Part shown: one piece after another, positions 1-14,734 of the stretch
Position numbering within the stretch: position 1 is the stretch's first letter
Layout: the number at the start of each line of letters is the position of its first letter
Source: Bugula neritina
Lineage: Eukaryota; Animalia; Bryozoa
DNA: 64,000 nt
NCBI GenBank assembly: GCA_964035545.1
Contig: OZ037765.1
Location: 31,309,504-31,373,503, forward strand
Direction of reading: 5' to 3'
Notes under the pieces: generated by a model
Databases searched by the model: none
Seen by the model: only the letters and a program-made list of their open reading frames with translations
Told to the model about the DNA's origin: nothing
Translations under genes and position numbers: made by a program

Positions 1-281
1 TGGCATAATATAGATATGCAGCCCTTTTTTCTTACTAAATAAGTATTCTAACAGCTCCTATATTTGAAGTATTAATTTGATGCACATTGATTTGGTCAAA
101 AGTTTATTTCAATGCTGGTAAATTATAACTTGGAATAGTATTAAAAATAAACATGTCCAGTTGTTAGCCACATGACAGTTGCCATATATAGCAGTGGCAA
201 TATTATAACGATGACACTTAATACAACAATATACCTAATTAGTATATAATATATTAGCAAACAGTGTATTGAATAAATTAC

Positions 282-911
282 TTGCTAATTCATCATAGTT
301 GGCGTGCTCAATGATTCTATATTCACTTTCTGTTTTAGCCGGTAGAAGTCGCTTCAGTTCATTTGGTACACTTTCCACATACTCTGTTGGCAAACCCACC
401 TTTAAAGTAATTGAATATTAAAATAAAGTAAAGATAATATAACAAAACATTAAAACATAGGATAGAGCAAAACATGTTCCAAAGTATGAAATTACTTATT
501 CAGTATCCAGTTTATTGCACATCAAACTTGAAAATATTATATGCATCTCTGTGACTTAAACACTGCTTATATTATTTGTTAATCACCTTAATACAGCTAC
601 ATAATATATTAACGTAAAAACGATTGAACAAATTGCAACAATGTGTAATACTATTTCTGTTTGCTGAAATGAAGTGCAAGCATGAATTATTTATAAATAC
701 AGTTATGTTATTATTATAGTATAATTATAATAGCATGGTACAAGAAGTGCACAAAGTGTATATATAATAGCTATATCCATATTTAGCAAACCTAGGGGGA
801 TGCTGCCTAGAAAGAAACCGTTACCTTTGAAAAGTCAGCGTGGTGGTGTCTGTGCAGATTATAGCCGTGACACGACGTGAGTAAGTAAAGTAAGAGAGGC
901 AGCGGCCACAT
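282..911 (-). CDS. 5' part of a gene for an unidentified secreted protein (runs off the left edge); coding exons 911-825 and 399-282
   Basis: Spliced frame MWPLPLLLYLLTSCHG-YNLHRHHHADFSK|VGLPTEYVESVPNELKRLLPAKTESEYRIIEHANYDELA with canonical GT-AG sites in phase. The hydrophobic N-terminus looks like a signal peptide. A probable non-coding first exon has its donor (ACG|GTGAGG) at 2040. Confidence 0.7.
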
Positions 912-2040
912 GACGCTGCCGATACTTGACTCTCTCTTCACGTAGTAAGTATGAGGTACGTTGCTACTTATAGTCAGCGTGTAACTTCATCAGTTGAGTT
1001 GCTGACTCCCTCTTGTGGTACTTTATATTATATGAAGAACAAACTCAATTACTGCAGTTAGTATATGATCTGAGATCAATAATCTACGAGCCAATATTTA
1101 GAGGCATCACTTAATGCTGTTTCCCAGAGGAATTGCAGTTATTATGTTTATGAGATAAATTCATTTGTTATATCTAAAAAACACAGTACAGTACACATAT
1201 AGCATAATATAATATAATGTAATATACATACAGTATAATATAATATAGTATAATAGTATAATATAATATAGTATTTAATGCAATATAATATAATAATATA
1301 AAATAATATAATATAATATAATATAATATAATATAATATAATATGATATAGTAATAAAGTTAATACTCTGAGTAAAAACATTGCAAAGATTTTGATTAAG
1401 CTTTTTTCCAAATTGTAGGGAATGTACCAACACTGTACGTTTGTAGGGAATGTACAGTTAGGTATACAAATTGCTAGATATCTTGGACAAGCATGTCACA
1501 TGATTCTTGCCATGGGAATATATATTACTGAAGTAAAACAAGTCTGGCAATTATTAATATTAAATTACAACATAATTTTTCATACAGAGAATTTCTCAAG
1601 GTAAAAGAATTAACTAAATGTGTATTATACGTTTAATCCCATGCATATACTGATATTACTCAGAATTTCACTGGTTAGTGTTACGGAGGCAAATATTACT
1701 GACATATCTTGCTTTTGTCTGATACACTATAAATGATATATAACTTTGTGTTTGTACTTTATTAACACTAACTTTATTAAAATATAATCTATAGCACAGG
1801 ACCCTATGGGAATTATATAGAAATATTAATTATTAATTGAAAGGATTTTATGGCTGATAACTCTGAATTCTGATGATGCATGAAATATGGATCACCTATT
1901 GCTATTAAAATCTCATTTTTTATAAAACTGTTACAGCTATATTGTATCATAATGTACATAGCAGAGCAACTCGAAATATACTTTTTCTTCGCCATTTTTC
2001 TTGGTTGTGTTGTAAAAGTATTTTGGTGTCTTTTCCTCAC

Positions 2041-2268
2041 CGTTCAGTCCACTGAGCTATTGAGTTCATTGGTTCAGTCCATTTGTCCAGCCAATCAAAA
2101 CTTGCAGTAACTGTTTCGAAGCTCGTCCAATACACAGGCAGATATTTACTCCCACGTGACTATAGCGGTTTTCATTTACAAAGTGAAACTAATTTTAAAA
2201 CGGGTTATTTTTACTCAATTCAATGTGTTATAATTTTTCTGATTCAACAGAAAAGAATAAATTTTACC
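2041..2268. promoter_or_regulatory. Probable bidirectional promoter between the secreted-protein gene (-) and TTF2 (+)
   Basis: A minus-strand donor at 2040 and the TTF2 ATG at 2269 bracket about 230 bp. It contains the E-box CCCACGTGAC (2151-2160) and CCAAT motifs (~2091, ~2127). Confidence 0.5.
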
Positions 2269-5200
2269 ATGTCAGTTGCCGTTCCACAGGAAGAAATGTT
2301 TTTATCCAAATGTATTAAACATGGTATGTAATTTAGTTGTTCGTTTAATTTTTAGTAAGCAAATCAAAATGTAATAACTATCAATTACTGAATTAGGCTT
2401 ACAGTTAGTGAGTTACTCTTAGTAATACCATAACTATAAGTATAAGTAAAGTATAAGCTAAAGCCTGCAGGTAAAAATTTTACTTTTTTGATTTTCAGAC
2501 CACCATGAAGTAATTGTGATCATTCCCATTCAATGTGACATTGCGATTGTTAATCGAATTTCATCATTATCATTATGATCACCATTATTATTATTAATAT
2601 TATCAATCGGGATATGATTACTTTGATTAGGACTAATGCCAATGATTACTATTGTCTATTATCACTATTCATTATGATTAACTTACTATTTTTGTGAATA
2701 TCAATATGAATATTTATATAATTAATATAAGTCAGTGCTTTTTTAACTTTGATGTTGAACTTAGAGGTAATTTGACCGAAGATCTGATAATAATTTACAC
2801 CAAGTGTTAGGGGTGATGCTCAATAAGTATTGTAAATAGGTTTGCTCAGTCTGAAGCTGTTGCATAAAATGAAAATGGAATGAAAATTGTGATTCACTGA
2901 CGGCTTGAATGTTCTCATATGTGGTAGATAAGCCATGCATGATCAAGACAGGTGTGAAAGATGGCCCAAACAAAGGAAAGAGTTTTCTCATTTGTTCAAA
3001 TACAGCATCACCATGTGATCACCGAGCTGCTATCGAGTGAGTATACTAAGTCAAGTTACTTTAAGCTAAGCTTCAACTCAATATTAGAATAGACGGAATA
3101 GACAGAATAGTTTAAAAATTCATGCTTCAATGTTTTCCTATTTCAATTTGATCTATTGTTTGGGAAGTGGTATTATTTAATCTATAATATTGAAGTATTA
3201 TACAAAAATGTAATTTTTGCTCTGTCAAAAGTTTAATTTCCAATCTAATCTTTTGCTAAACTGTTGTAGGATACCCTATCAGACCTGTTCTAAACACCAC
3301 CAGCAGGTTGAACTCATGTGTCTAGCAGTTAAGGACAACCAGAAAAGGTGCCGTTTATGACAGTTTATTATATTAGTTGGTATTTGAACAGGAATGTTTT
3401 TACATAGTGTTTTTAGCATATTTGTGTACAGAATAAAGAAGTGCTGTGTTGTAGGATTTATGTGAGGTGCACTGAAGGAAAGGCACTGGGCAAATGGTGC
3501 TTTTACAGTCGACTTCAGCTCGAAGAAAAGTCAGGAGTCAAGAAAGAGGAAAGTATTGACAATTGTTAAATGGATTTAATCCTTTACATCTGATACTATT
3601 TTGTATAAACAGTTATATTTAGTCATTTAGACAGTGTAATATGCCTGGTATCGGTAAATATTATGTGACATGTTTTTTAGTATATATCATGTGACATGTT
3701 CTCCTGTAGTACATATCATGTGACCAGCTGACCTATGCTTGCAGGTGGGCAGAGTGTTACAAGATGTCAACTCATTGCCGCAAGAAAAGCTACAGGAAAA
3801 AAATTCGCTGGTCGTGAAACCTAAAGTCAAGTCAGGTTGGGCAGACGACTTCTCTCTTCAAATGTTTAAATTAGACATCATTGTTCCATATAATCATAGA
3901 ATTTATTCTTAACTAGCGGGTTTCAGTAGTAATTGTTCATGTATTTATCAAGCGAAGTCTATATTGATGAGAACAGGTATAAGTTTACCTTCCAAGTGTT
4001 GTTTTCCTTTTATAATTCTCTGCTGGTTGTAAATAAGTTTAATTGAACAATATTCCCACCATATTATATTCATATCGTCAATGGCTGATATCTTTAGACT
4101 CAGCTGTTCAACCGGCGAGTGATGGCTTATCTTCAGTTGCAGCTCTCACTCAGTCAGTTATAAGGTCAGCAAAAGATCCAACTGCTGCCAGACAATATAT
4201 TGTCAGTGAGATCGAAAAGAAGAAGGTATTGTGTACATACTGTATGTTTTTATACGACGATTTCTATAGATTGTTTTGTTGCTCATATCTAACTGTTTTG
4301 TATATCAAAAACAGTTAAATGTATTCATAGTAGAAGAAACTGAGAACAAGAATTAATGAATATGTAAAACCCTTTTGAAATAATATTTAGAATTGAGTTT
4401 GGCGTATGTATATATTGTATGTATTTACTGTGAGATATGGTTAGTTGGAAGTTAACCTTGGTATATATGTATATTTTGTATAGTCATGTATTTACTGTGA
4501 GGTTTGGTTGGTAGAACTTGCTCAGAATGGCTAGTAGGCTACCTGATGGCGGACAGAAAATAAAAGACCAGTTGAGACAGTTACAGGAAGCTCTATTGAC
4601 TTGTGGGAATGCTGATGTGTCCGACACTACTCACAGTAAAACAGCCCCCCTTGTTAGACCAGGCTTCACGAGTCATTCAGAAGGAAGCAGAGTTTTGCCG
4701 ACTGAAAATCAGAGGTTGCCTCCCCATGTGCTCCGGGAGATGTATTCGCAGTCAGCTCCCGGCAAGAATCTCTATGGAGGGCGAATGACTGGACAACGAC
4801 TGGAACTGGTTTTATCTGTCACTAATGAAGCCGTGGAGACACTACACAAGTACGTCTGCTATACTTTACGTCTGCTTTACTTTACGTCTGCTTTACTTTA
4901 CGTCTGCTTTACTTTACGTCTGCTTTACTTTACGTCTAATGCTATGGAAACTCCTGATCACTTCTTGTATTATAATATATTAACCATGAATGTGATTGTT
5001 GTTGAAGTTTTTATTGAAATTTAAAACTTCAAACACATTATTTTATTAGTAATTTTTTTTAATTACAATCAATTTTTGGTTTAAAAACTTGAAAAACGAA
5101 TTTATGCAATATGGTAGTAATCAAATGGAAAATGTAATAAATTGAATTGCTATTCTGCAGTATCACGTGATGGTATCATGTGACAGTATGACGTGACTGT

Positions 5201-8200
5201 GTATATTGAAGTTACCTGCCATGCAATCAGTTCTGTTCTGTTGTTCCAGACAATTAAAAAGCTGTCCGTCTGCTGAGAAGGAGACAGAAGATCCTCAACA
5301 CTTGCTGGTTTCTCTGATGACTCATCAGAGACAGGCGCTGACTTGGCTACTCTGGAGAGAGAAGCAGCAGCCAGCTGGTGGAATATTAGGTTGTGAAATA
5401 TACTGAGTTTGGCCTAATACTCATACATTCATACATAGTCTGACGTATGCAGCATTTTGCTATGCTATTCATGTTGAAATATATTATCATTGTAAACTTG
5501 CATTGTTTAATCTGATGGTAATTGAATTTTTATTGCGCTGTTTGTCCATGGATGCTGTATGGTAGTTGTTTTATATAACATATCATCTGACATAGAACAT
5601 AGGTGCTACTCTATATGCTTATTTGTTGTACTCGGTAATAGTATGATATACTATACAATGTTTATAGCCGATGATATGGGGCTAGGTAAAACACTAACAA
5701 TGATCTCTCTAGTTATGAAAGATTGTCAGAATCAGACTGGAGTTGAAGTTGCTAAGCCTCAGTGGCTGGATAAAGGTACTTTTATTACAAGTATTGGACT
5801 TTTCTTTGCATCTTCGTATTTATGTAGATTATAGGTAAATAAGGTTAGCGTAGTAAACAGTGCCATTATTACTACTTTACACGTAATTTTATATAAAAAA
5901 CCCGCGTGAATGTATTGTCCTCATGCCTGCGAGAACCCCTGATAAAAAAGTTTTTTTTAATGGGCTAAGGGCTTTTTTCTCTATTGCGACAAACAAGCAA
6001 TTATGACCCGATGCCCTTCCTAACATCAGCAATAGCCTTTACTGGGATTCGAATAACTGACCTTGTGTTTACCAAATCAGTGTTCTAATCACTAGAGTCT
6101 AGGCCAAGGCTACCCACTTTATACATAATTTTGCAATGCTGTTATAAATTTAAGTTTTAATATCTGCCTGTAGTAATATAGTACACTATGTCATAAAATA
6201 TATTGTGCTGTATCGTATTATACTATGAAGAGCAGGCGTGGTCTAGTTTATACACTGAGGTAGTTATCAGGAAGAGTATCCAGTCAAAGTTGCTACTTGA
6301 AAGGCCTTTAATCTATTTAGCCGCTATACTTTAAGGAGAAGTCCATACCCAACCCGAACATCTTCATGAGTATTGTAGCAGAACTGTTGTCTATTAGATT
6401 ATGTGTTTCAGACAAGAGCATCGTTCTGTCGCGGTGTAGTCTGATTGTCTGCCCGGCCAGTTTGGTGCACCAGTGGGCTAGGGAGATAGAGACACGGTGC
6501 AGGAAGTCCTCTCTCAACTATATCCTGTATCACGGGGACAGGCGGGAGAGAAGTATTTTGAAGTATGTCGTCTTGTATATCAAGATAAGCCGTTCATACA
6601 GTGTTTCTAATAGAATGTGAGAAGACAACCTCTCAAAGTGAAGAACTAATATTTTTTAATTGTAGCTTTAATTTTATGTTATATTTAGCTAAGTTTCTGT
6701 TTAAAGCAATTTTATTTTGCAGTAAAATTTTATTGTCAGTTATTCTACTCGAAATTGCTGATCTGTATATATTATCGTTATGGTACTGAGTGTCGCATGT
6801 TGACACATGTCATTACTTGCTTCAGGTTGTCACAAGCAGATATTGTCATCACAACATACAATCTGGTCCAGAAAGAGGTTCAGCTGCCTAAACTACTCAA
6901 GAGCGATAAATCCCAACAAGATAAGCCTGCCACGGATGAGGTACTGAATATATTGTTGGGAGTTTTCTTCACATATTTTGTATTTTTATCTGCTTTCCCT
7001 TCACTGTTCACATATCTAACCACTAGTGAATAATGTGCATAGGATATTAAAATACTTATATAAACCTCTCTTGTTTTTCTCAAATTAAAATATAATCAAC
7101 AAATGCATGTATTGCCAATATCTTACAGACATGAGTTTGGATGTTTCTTCATATGTATAAGAGCACTTCAGATATATAGAAATTAATACATAAAGTGATG
7201 TATAAACTTCAGATAGTGGAGGGAGATGGCCCCTTAGCTAGAATCGCATGGAAAAGAGTAATATTGGATGAGGCTCACGGCATTAAAAACTATAGAAGTT
7301 CCACGGCCCTTTCTGTATGCCGACTCAGAGCCAACCACCGGTACCGTCACTCTGTCTCTCATATTTATTGCTGACTAGTTTAATATTTTCTCATGTGAAG
7401 TTGTTTGTTGAAGTTGCCCTCCTTTTTATTTTGTAGTTGGGCTTTGACTGGCACCCCAATACAGAATGATTTGTCAGATTTCTATTCATTGTTGAGATTT
7501 CTTCGCTGTTCACCTTTTGACGAGTTGAGAGTATGGAAAAAGTGGGTAGAAAATAAAGGAGGTAAGACAGGTTCTTGCATACTGCAAATGCTTTTTTTTG
7601 GTGTGTGATGATAATTTTATTATATTTGAAAAAGAACACTATTAAAAGTTGTTTCCATTAATAACTGCACTAGCTAAAGTAAATTACAGTAACTTTTTAC
7701 AGCCAACAAAACTAATTTAAAGGGGTTAATGGCATGTTTTTGTCAAGTCTCCTTGATGGGTTGAGCTAAAGTTAGAATTGAAACTATACGTCTGATTTTG
7801 TAGCTTCTGGTGACGAGCGTCTGGCTGTTCTAATTAGGAGTCTTCTTCTCAGGAGAACTAAAGACCAGAAGATGGAGTCTGGAGCTGCATTAGTGAGTAA
7901 CTTCCTGACCTAGTTGTCTTCATGTTGAGACCGTAAGGGGGTTTGGGGTTTCACTTGAGCAAATGACTTGTTTGTAATTGAATAAAATGCTGCTGAAAGA
8001 TTAACAATAACAGGGAATAAAAATCAAATTTAGCTTTCGACGAGACTAGCGTAGCCTCGCTCTGGTTGAATATCTAAGATCAAGTCACATGACCAGCTGT
8101 CTAATTGGTACTCTATTAGGTTCATGTGCTTACTTTTCTACTGCTCTATAACCTAGAAAGTTGAATACACTAAATCGTTTCATTGGCCAATACACTGTTA

Positions 8201-10918
8201 ACTAGTATCTCATTGGCCATTGTCAGGTTCCACTTCCAGAGAAGAACATAATTACCCACTATATTGATCTTGGAGCTTATGAACGGAAATTATATGATCA
8301 GCTTTACAAGAAATGCGAGTAAGGTTTGCTAATTGTGTCATACTTCAACTTAATTATCTACCAGATTTGTAATTAAACTTTTGTAATTCCTGATATAGTT
8401 ATTAATTAATGTTAACAATTTTGTAGTAGTGTGCGTTAGTTATACTGTATAATGTACTTTCTGTATATACACAACCATAATAGCTATGTGATTATATGTA
8501 TAATATTAGCAAAATCTGAGTTTAATTTGGTATGCATTTATTTATCTTAGTGGAGACACAATATTGTTTTAGGAGAATTATTTTTGCAATTGTGACACTT
8601 AAGCTTAGAATTTTGTTTCTTTTTAGAGTGTATTTTGATGATGCTGTAACAATTTTGTTTTTAGAAATGTGATGGTCAACTATATCTCCAGTAAATCTAA
8701 TGATAGCCTTAGATCATCGCAAATTGCTACAACTAACCAGAAAATAGGTGGCGACACTATACTGCTCATGTTACTAAGACTAAGACAGTGCTGTAGCCAC
8801 CCTCTGCTAACTAAAGAGGTGGGACAACTCCACATGACAAATAATTCCATCATAATAATACAATGATAACACTGCACATCTGCCTGCTTGTTGTTGTGGT
8901 ATCTACAGGGTTAAAATTTTTATTTCTTCTAGTAGTAAGGCAGTTGCGCCCCCTCTATATCTCACAGATTCATTTCTCACGAAATATTATAGGTCACAAG
9001 AAAGGCTTGGACCTCAGTTTTGTGGGTTATGTATATGTGTATAGGATCTGTGAGTTAAATATGGTATTCTACTATGCTACCAATTGAGGTTTCGGGACCG
9101 TAGCCTAGTGAGATACAGAGAAAGCACTGTAATATCATGTTTATGGTTGTACAACTTGTTATATCCTTCAGGAGTTGGTGAAAGAGGAGTTGATGGGAGA
9201 AGGTGTAGAACTAGACTTGGTGTCAGCAATGAAGGAGCTCGGCATTCAGGAGAAAGCTGCCCCGAGTCTGGCTTGTGAGAGTGGAAGTGATGCAATAGTC
9301 AGCAGTGCTAAGGTAAACAGTGTCTTTAATACTAGCGGAGAGATTTATGCACAATTTGTACAAATGTTACCTTGTAGTGTTTTGTTATTTAAGAGCTGTG
9401 GTTCAATGTGAAGCAGTTTAAAAGCAGATCAAGTAAAATAAAGAGTAACCATTTGATGATTTAACATTGTATTTAGTTAAATGAACCAATGAACCAAATC
9501 GTTTACTCAATGAACCAAATTTTGATATTTGTGAATGCGCACAGTAGAATTTAGTAGTACAAAACCTGCCTGCCTATAAAATTTTATTCAGTTTCTTCTC
9601 ATAATTTTGTGTTGAATGTTTGACATGTTATGACAATCAATATAGACATCTTATGTTTCACTCTCATTTTAGATCACGCTGTTGATAAATAAATTAAAGG
9701 AAGTGACATCATCAGCAGGCCGTTCAACAAAATTGTAAGTATACATTTCTACTCGTGTTGTGTAATATGCTATAGCACCTACACTGTATAGTCATATACA
9801 CTGCATAGCAATATACACTGTATAGTAATATACATTCAACATTGTATATCGATGTACATTGTATACAGATGTGCATTCATCACTTGTCCTTGTTAGCATA
9901 TGATGTGTCATATAAATTTCATGTTGTAGTGTTGTGGTGTCTCAGTGGACGTCAATGTTGAATCTAGTAGCAGACAGTCTTAAAAGAGAGGATTACTCCC
10001 ACTATACTATCCAAGGTGATGTGCCACCAAAGAAACGTTCAGAGATGGTGCACGATTTCAACACTAATGCCAACAGTCCTCGCGTGATGCTCGTATCGCT
10101 GAGAGCCGGGGGAGTTGGCCTCAATCTGATTGGAGCAAGTCATCTCTTCATCATGGATCTTCACTGGTGAGTGGAGCCAGCGTTGGGGTATTATTTGTGA
10201 TGAAATTTTATAATAAATATGAAGAGTGTTGACTGTAGGACATATTTATAATAATTCCTTCTCAACAAATCTTATGATCAGCAGTATTCATTCCGTTTAT
10301 CTACCTTTGTATTGTCTTGCATAGATTTAATTCTTTTCAGAAAAATGTACATTCAAGAATTAAGTTGATGTAGATCACTGTTCAACAGAGTATATTGTCA
10401 AACTTTATTTACATGGTGCAGAAATGAGGCAGTTCGTGCACTATGTAGTTTGGTAATTGTGTTCAGGAATCCAGCATTGGAGCTGCAAGCTTGTGATAGA
10501 ATTTACCGAGTGGGTCAGAAGAATGATGTTGTTATACATAAGATGATCTGCAAGGCTACCATCGAGGAGAAAATCTGGGAACTCCAGAAAAAGAAAATGC
10601 AGTTGGCATCGAGTGTCTTAACTGGGTACATATTATGTTATTCTCGCTCGTACATCATAGGTTTTAGTCTTCTCTCAATGAATTTAAAATGATAAATTTG
10701 ATTGAGTCAAGAGCTTTGCTTTTAGTACATTTATAAAATTATGTGCTTATAGTTGGCCAGGTTAGTTGAGTTCTACTACCAGCATAGCTATACATCTTTG
10801 TGGTGATTGTAGGTCAAAAACCTCTCACAGCAAGCTAACTCTAGAAGATTTGAAATCACTGTTTTCTATTCGGGAGTCGCCTTCATGGACAAGGTTTGGA
10901 GGAGAGGGATTTATGTAA
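2269..10918 (+). CDS. TTF2: Transcription termination factor 2 / lodestar (SNF2-family ATPase), ~20 coding exons
   Basis: N-terminal GRF-type Zn finger ([24 protein letters not shown]), LYGGRMT segment, [76 protein letters not shown] and C-terminal [11 protein letters not shown]. First exon 2269-2323; last exon 10813-10918. Confidence 0.93.
4851..4937. repeat. 16-bp minisatellite (TACGTCTGCTTTACTT) x~5.5 starting at a TTF2 splice donor
   Basis: Direct tandem repeats visible in the sequence. Confidence 0.9.
5920..6111 (-). mobile_element. tRNA-derived SINE-like element, copy 1 (TTF2 intron)
   Basis: Collinear similarity to the copies at ~24880, ~27540 and ~29870 (ATGCCCTTCC...CCTTTACTGGGATTCGAA...TGACCTTGTGTTTAC). 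A degenerate B box lies on the minus strand. Confidence 0.65.
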
Positions 10919-11356
10919 CCAGTCAACTTCTATAGAACTTTAGTAGATAATAACTGATGATTTATAGTGCCATACACATTTATTAGTTATTACAGTTTAA
11001 TTTTCAATACAATATCTCTTATTAAAAATGTATAATATATACAGTTATATAAACAAGCAATATATACAAGACAAAGGTGTGTATAACAAATATTCATATC
11101 AGCATTACTCAACATATTAGACTATGTTGGTCATACTGATATGAGATAATTTCACAGTGAAATATTACCTTGTTAACTGATGAGAAATGCAAAAGCATGT
11201 AGAAATATTAACACATAAAATTCATTCAACAGATGTGTCACATACAGGGTTATATAAAGTCCACAGTTCTTTAGTGATATACTGGCATGAAGTTGACACG
11301 TTGACGGAAGATACAAATAACTGGAGAGTCAGGAGTCTTGAGAATATATTGATGAT

Positions 11357-14300
11357 TTATTGATGTATCACAACCGATTGCTTTCTAACCATACCTGTAA
11401 CAAGCAGTTATGTTAAGGGCTATGTACTGAGTATTCAGTGTAACCTAGTGTACATTATTGAATGTAAACAAGAGTGACTAGATACTGTAATTATACATTA
11501 TAATAGCCATACATTCGTGTAATGACAAGGTAAGATACAGTGCCTACCAGGTCTGATATTGTCCCTGGCTTTCTGTAGTTCCTTGTGCGCACTCTCATCA
11601 ACCAGTCTGTGTAATTCTCCAGCCGAGTAACCCAGCAGCTGCTTCAAGTCACACACAAACTTGTAGACAAACCTCTTACCATGCACCTGTAACACCATCC
11701 ATATAGCTGAACAGATTTAGCATCATTTCCACGAATTTCTTTAAAAATATAAAAAAAACTAGGCCCTTTTAAATAAAGATAGATTTACTCTTTGAGACAA
11801 ATGTACAGTGAAATCAAGCAAGTACCAAGTGTTTGCTAGGAGAACAAATGGTGGTTATATATTAGCTTGAGCCGTAGCCATGGTTCTCAGTAACATACCT
11901 TTGAAATCATATCCCCGTCGTAATAGTAGCGCAGCGCACGACTTAACTTTTCGTAGTTCATTGTAGGTTTGTGCTTACGTTCACCCCACAGTTGGGCAAC
12001 TCCTTCGGGATTGGTCAGTTTAAACTCGCCCTCATCTCCAATCCAGCAAATCACCTCCCTCGCTGACCGGTCTGTAAGCAGTTCTAGTAGAAACTGCCAG
12101 AGTTGGATCTGCCCATTGTTTCCTTGAATGAGAACAAAATTGTATAAATTCATGTTTCACTGGTGGAAATCAAAGTAAAGTGACACAAATTATTTCTAAA
12201 ACTAAAATAAATGTGATATCAGTTCATTATGATTAAATATTGAGCATCCACTTTGCAGGACTTATAGAGGCAACAGAATTGTTACTGCTGAGTATAATGA
12301 ACTCACCAGTTCGAACTCCACAGGCTATACCGTCCCCAATAATACGAGACGCTCGAACCTTTCCCATCTTAGCCTGATTTCTCCCAAACTCGCCTGTTGA
12401 GACGGTGACCGTGTGCACTGCCATCGGAGCTGGTTGCTGCACAACAGCTACAAAACGTAAACAGTGTACACATGATGCCACCAAACTAGAGTGTGCAAAA
12501 CGAAACAACAATCGGTCAAAAGTGAATAACGCAACAGCGTGCCGTGAATCAATACCTACCAACAAATTTGCATTTGCGAAGGAGTTCAAGGTGAGTCCAG
12601 AAGACGTCTCCCTTGTCGTGGGGCACTTTCTGCACAAACTCTGAATGCTGCATCTCACACAATTCTTTGCCAGTGAGATGGAAAGAGGTGGCAGTGACTC
12701 CAACCAGCTGAAACTCCTCTATTGCCCAGTTGATCCAATGCTTCACATGTATCTCCGTCCAGTCTACCGGGTCTGGTAACACCAAATGGCATATCGTCAT
12801 CAACATTGATTTACTACTAACTACATTCATTAGCCAACACATTATATAACACTGCCTCACCATATGGAATTTTGAGTCTGTCTTGTTCCTTTCTGTAGTT
12901 CTGGTCAACAATCCACCGAGTAACATGGTCTTGTGCTGCAATCATATTCAAAACCCAATAATATAAAGGCAGAAAGTCAGACTACTGTGTGAAAACTCAC
13001 ACCAAACTCGAACACCAAGTAGTTGGTTAGCTTGTGAACCTACTTTGTGGAGGCGGTTGGGGAACGGGCTGTGGCTCTACCTCAATCTCATCCGCCGGTT
13101 TTAATATATCAACGATGTTAATCTTAGAGCGTTCTCCTAGAACAAGTCACAACACCGTCATAGACAGCATGCCGGCAACTTACTGCATGCACAGACTACA
13201 AATTAGCTACTCAATGTTCACAGCAGAAAGTGTGATATAAATGACTGCATCTTTCACCATTCACACCAAATTAGAGTTGCTGAGGTGTTGACAGTCAAGT
13301 AGTAAGACAGCGTTACAGCAACCAGACACATTAATTGACACTAACTAGTTGGTAATCACGTGTAAATGGATTGCTCAAAGCTGTGTTTCCTAACATAATT
13401 TATTACTCTTCTCTACTGTGCATGACAGGTGCACGAGGAAATGCACTTGTCACCTATAGTAAGTAAACAGGTATAAGCTGAGATCAAGCGCTCTAATGGT
13501 GCATGTACATTATGATTAGTGCATTGAATAGTAGATTGGTTAGTCAGCTATATATCCATAACTGCTCTACTCTAAACTCATGTATTTTATCCTTCAGCAG
13601 TAGCAGTTGGCCAATCATTCACTGATTTAAAGCCCATTCAGCAGAGTAATGGTGAGCCATTAAGTTTATTGAACATAATTTCACTTCATTTCAAATGATA
13701 AATTTTAGTAACATTCAGGAGTTAATTAGCTAACTTTCAGTGTTGAGCATTAGACAGAGGACAGCAAATTCACACCATAATACATATGAACAACTATTTA
13801 CCTGGCTGTGACTTCACTTCCACATTTATTTGAACCATGCCTTCACCCTGCACACACTGCTCTACTAGGTTCTTGGTTGGGTCCAAGGGCAGACTGTCCT
13901 GAAGGTAGAACTCGTGCTCCGACAGGTTGCAGCTTAGCCTGGCCTCCAGCAGCTCCCTCAGAGTTGTCAGGGGTTCCGTGATCTCCATATGCTGCACAAC
14001 AATGTTTTGGAAAACAGGCGGTTCTTGCAGCTCTACTCCAACCTCTTCAGACCTGCACAAGTCATTAGAAAGTGGGCAACTCATGACAAAAGGAGAATAA
14101 CAAATACAAGACAATACAAAACAGCAGCTGAGGTAACAAATACAAACAGAGAAAGACTTACATCTGTGAGGACATGAGCTGCTCCTCTGACAGGTTGACT
14201 CGTGTCGTGTCCAGCTCTGCAGTCACCTGCTGGTCCTCACTTTCCACTATCTGGAATTGAGTGTCTTCAGCTGACACCTCGTTGTCCTTCTGATGCTGCT

Positions 14301-14734
14301 TGACGACAGCATCAATCTCGTCAGCACTGACCACCTTCTGGGTGAGCTCTCCGGTGGTAGGGTCTTGTGTTAATATGACAACATTACCCGCATCACTGCT
14401 AATCAGAATAACAATCATAATTACTTAGAGTGAATTACAATTACAAGAGCTTTTTTCATACATTTTGCTGTTCTAGAAAAATCCCAAGACATGCTCAACA
14501 AGAATTATTATTCTCAAGGTTAGACTCCGTAAAACAGCAATGAATTGCAATAAAATATTTCACACACAGTTAAAGAGCATGCACTGCATCAACAGGCACT
14601 TACACAATTTCATCTCCTCCAGCCACCTCATTTATAACAGCATCTTCTAATTTGATGGTTTTTGCTTCTGGTTGCTTAGCAGCCGACTCATCATCCAGAG
14701 CTGACTCACTTTGGCGCTTCTGATTTCTCAGCAT
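11357..14734 (-). CDS. GABPA: GA-binding protein alpha (ETS factor; Ets97D/Elg orthologue)
   Basis: OST/ubiquitin-like domain (QHMEITEPL...[18 protein letters not shown]), [33 protein letters not shown] domain ([14 protein letters not shown]) and ETS domain ([15 protein letters not shown]...[36 protein letters not shown]). ATG at 14734; stop at 11357-11359 after [12 protein letters not shown]. Confidence 0.95.

Noticed and set aside
1148-1411. Ile/Tyr/Leu-rich 'membrane protein' ORFs (also 28784-29209, 15567-15812, 22752-23052)
   Set aside because: They are translations of AT-rich or trinucleotide simple repeats.
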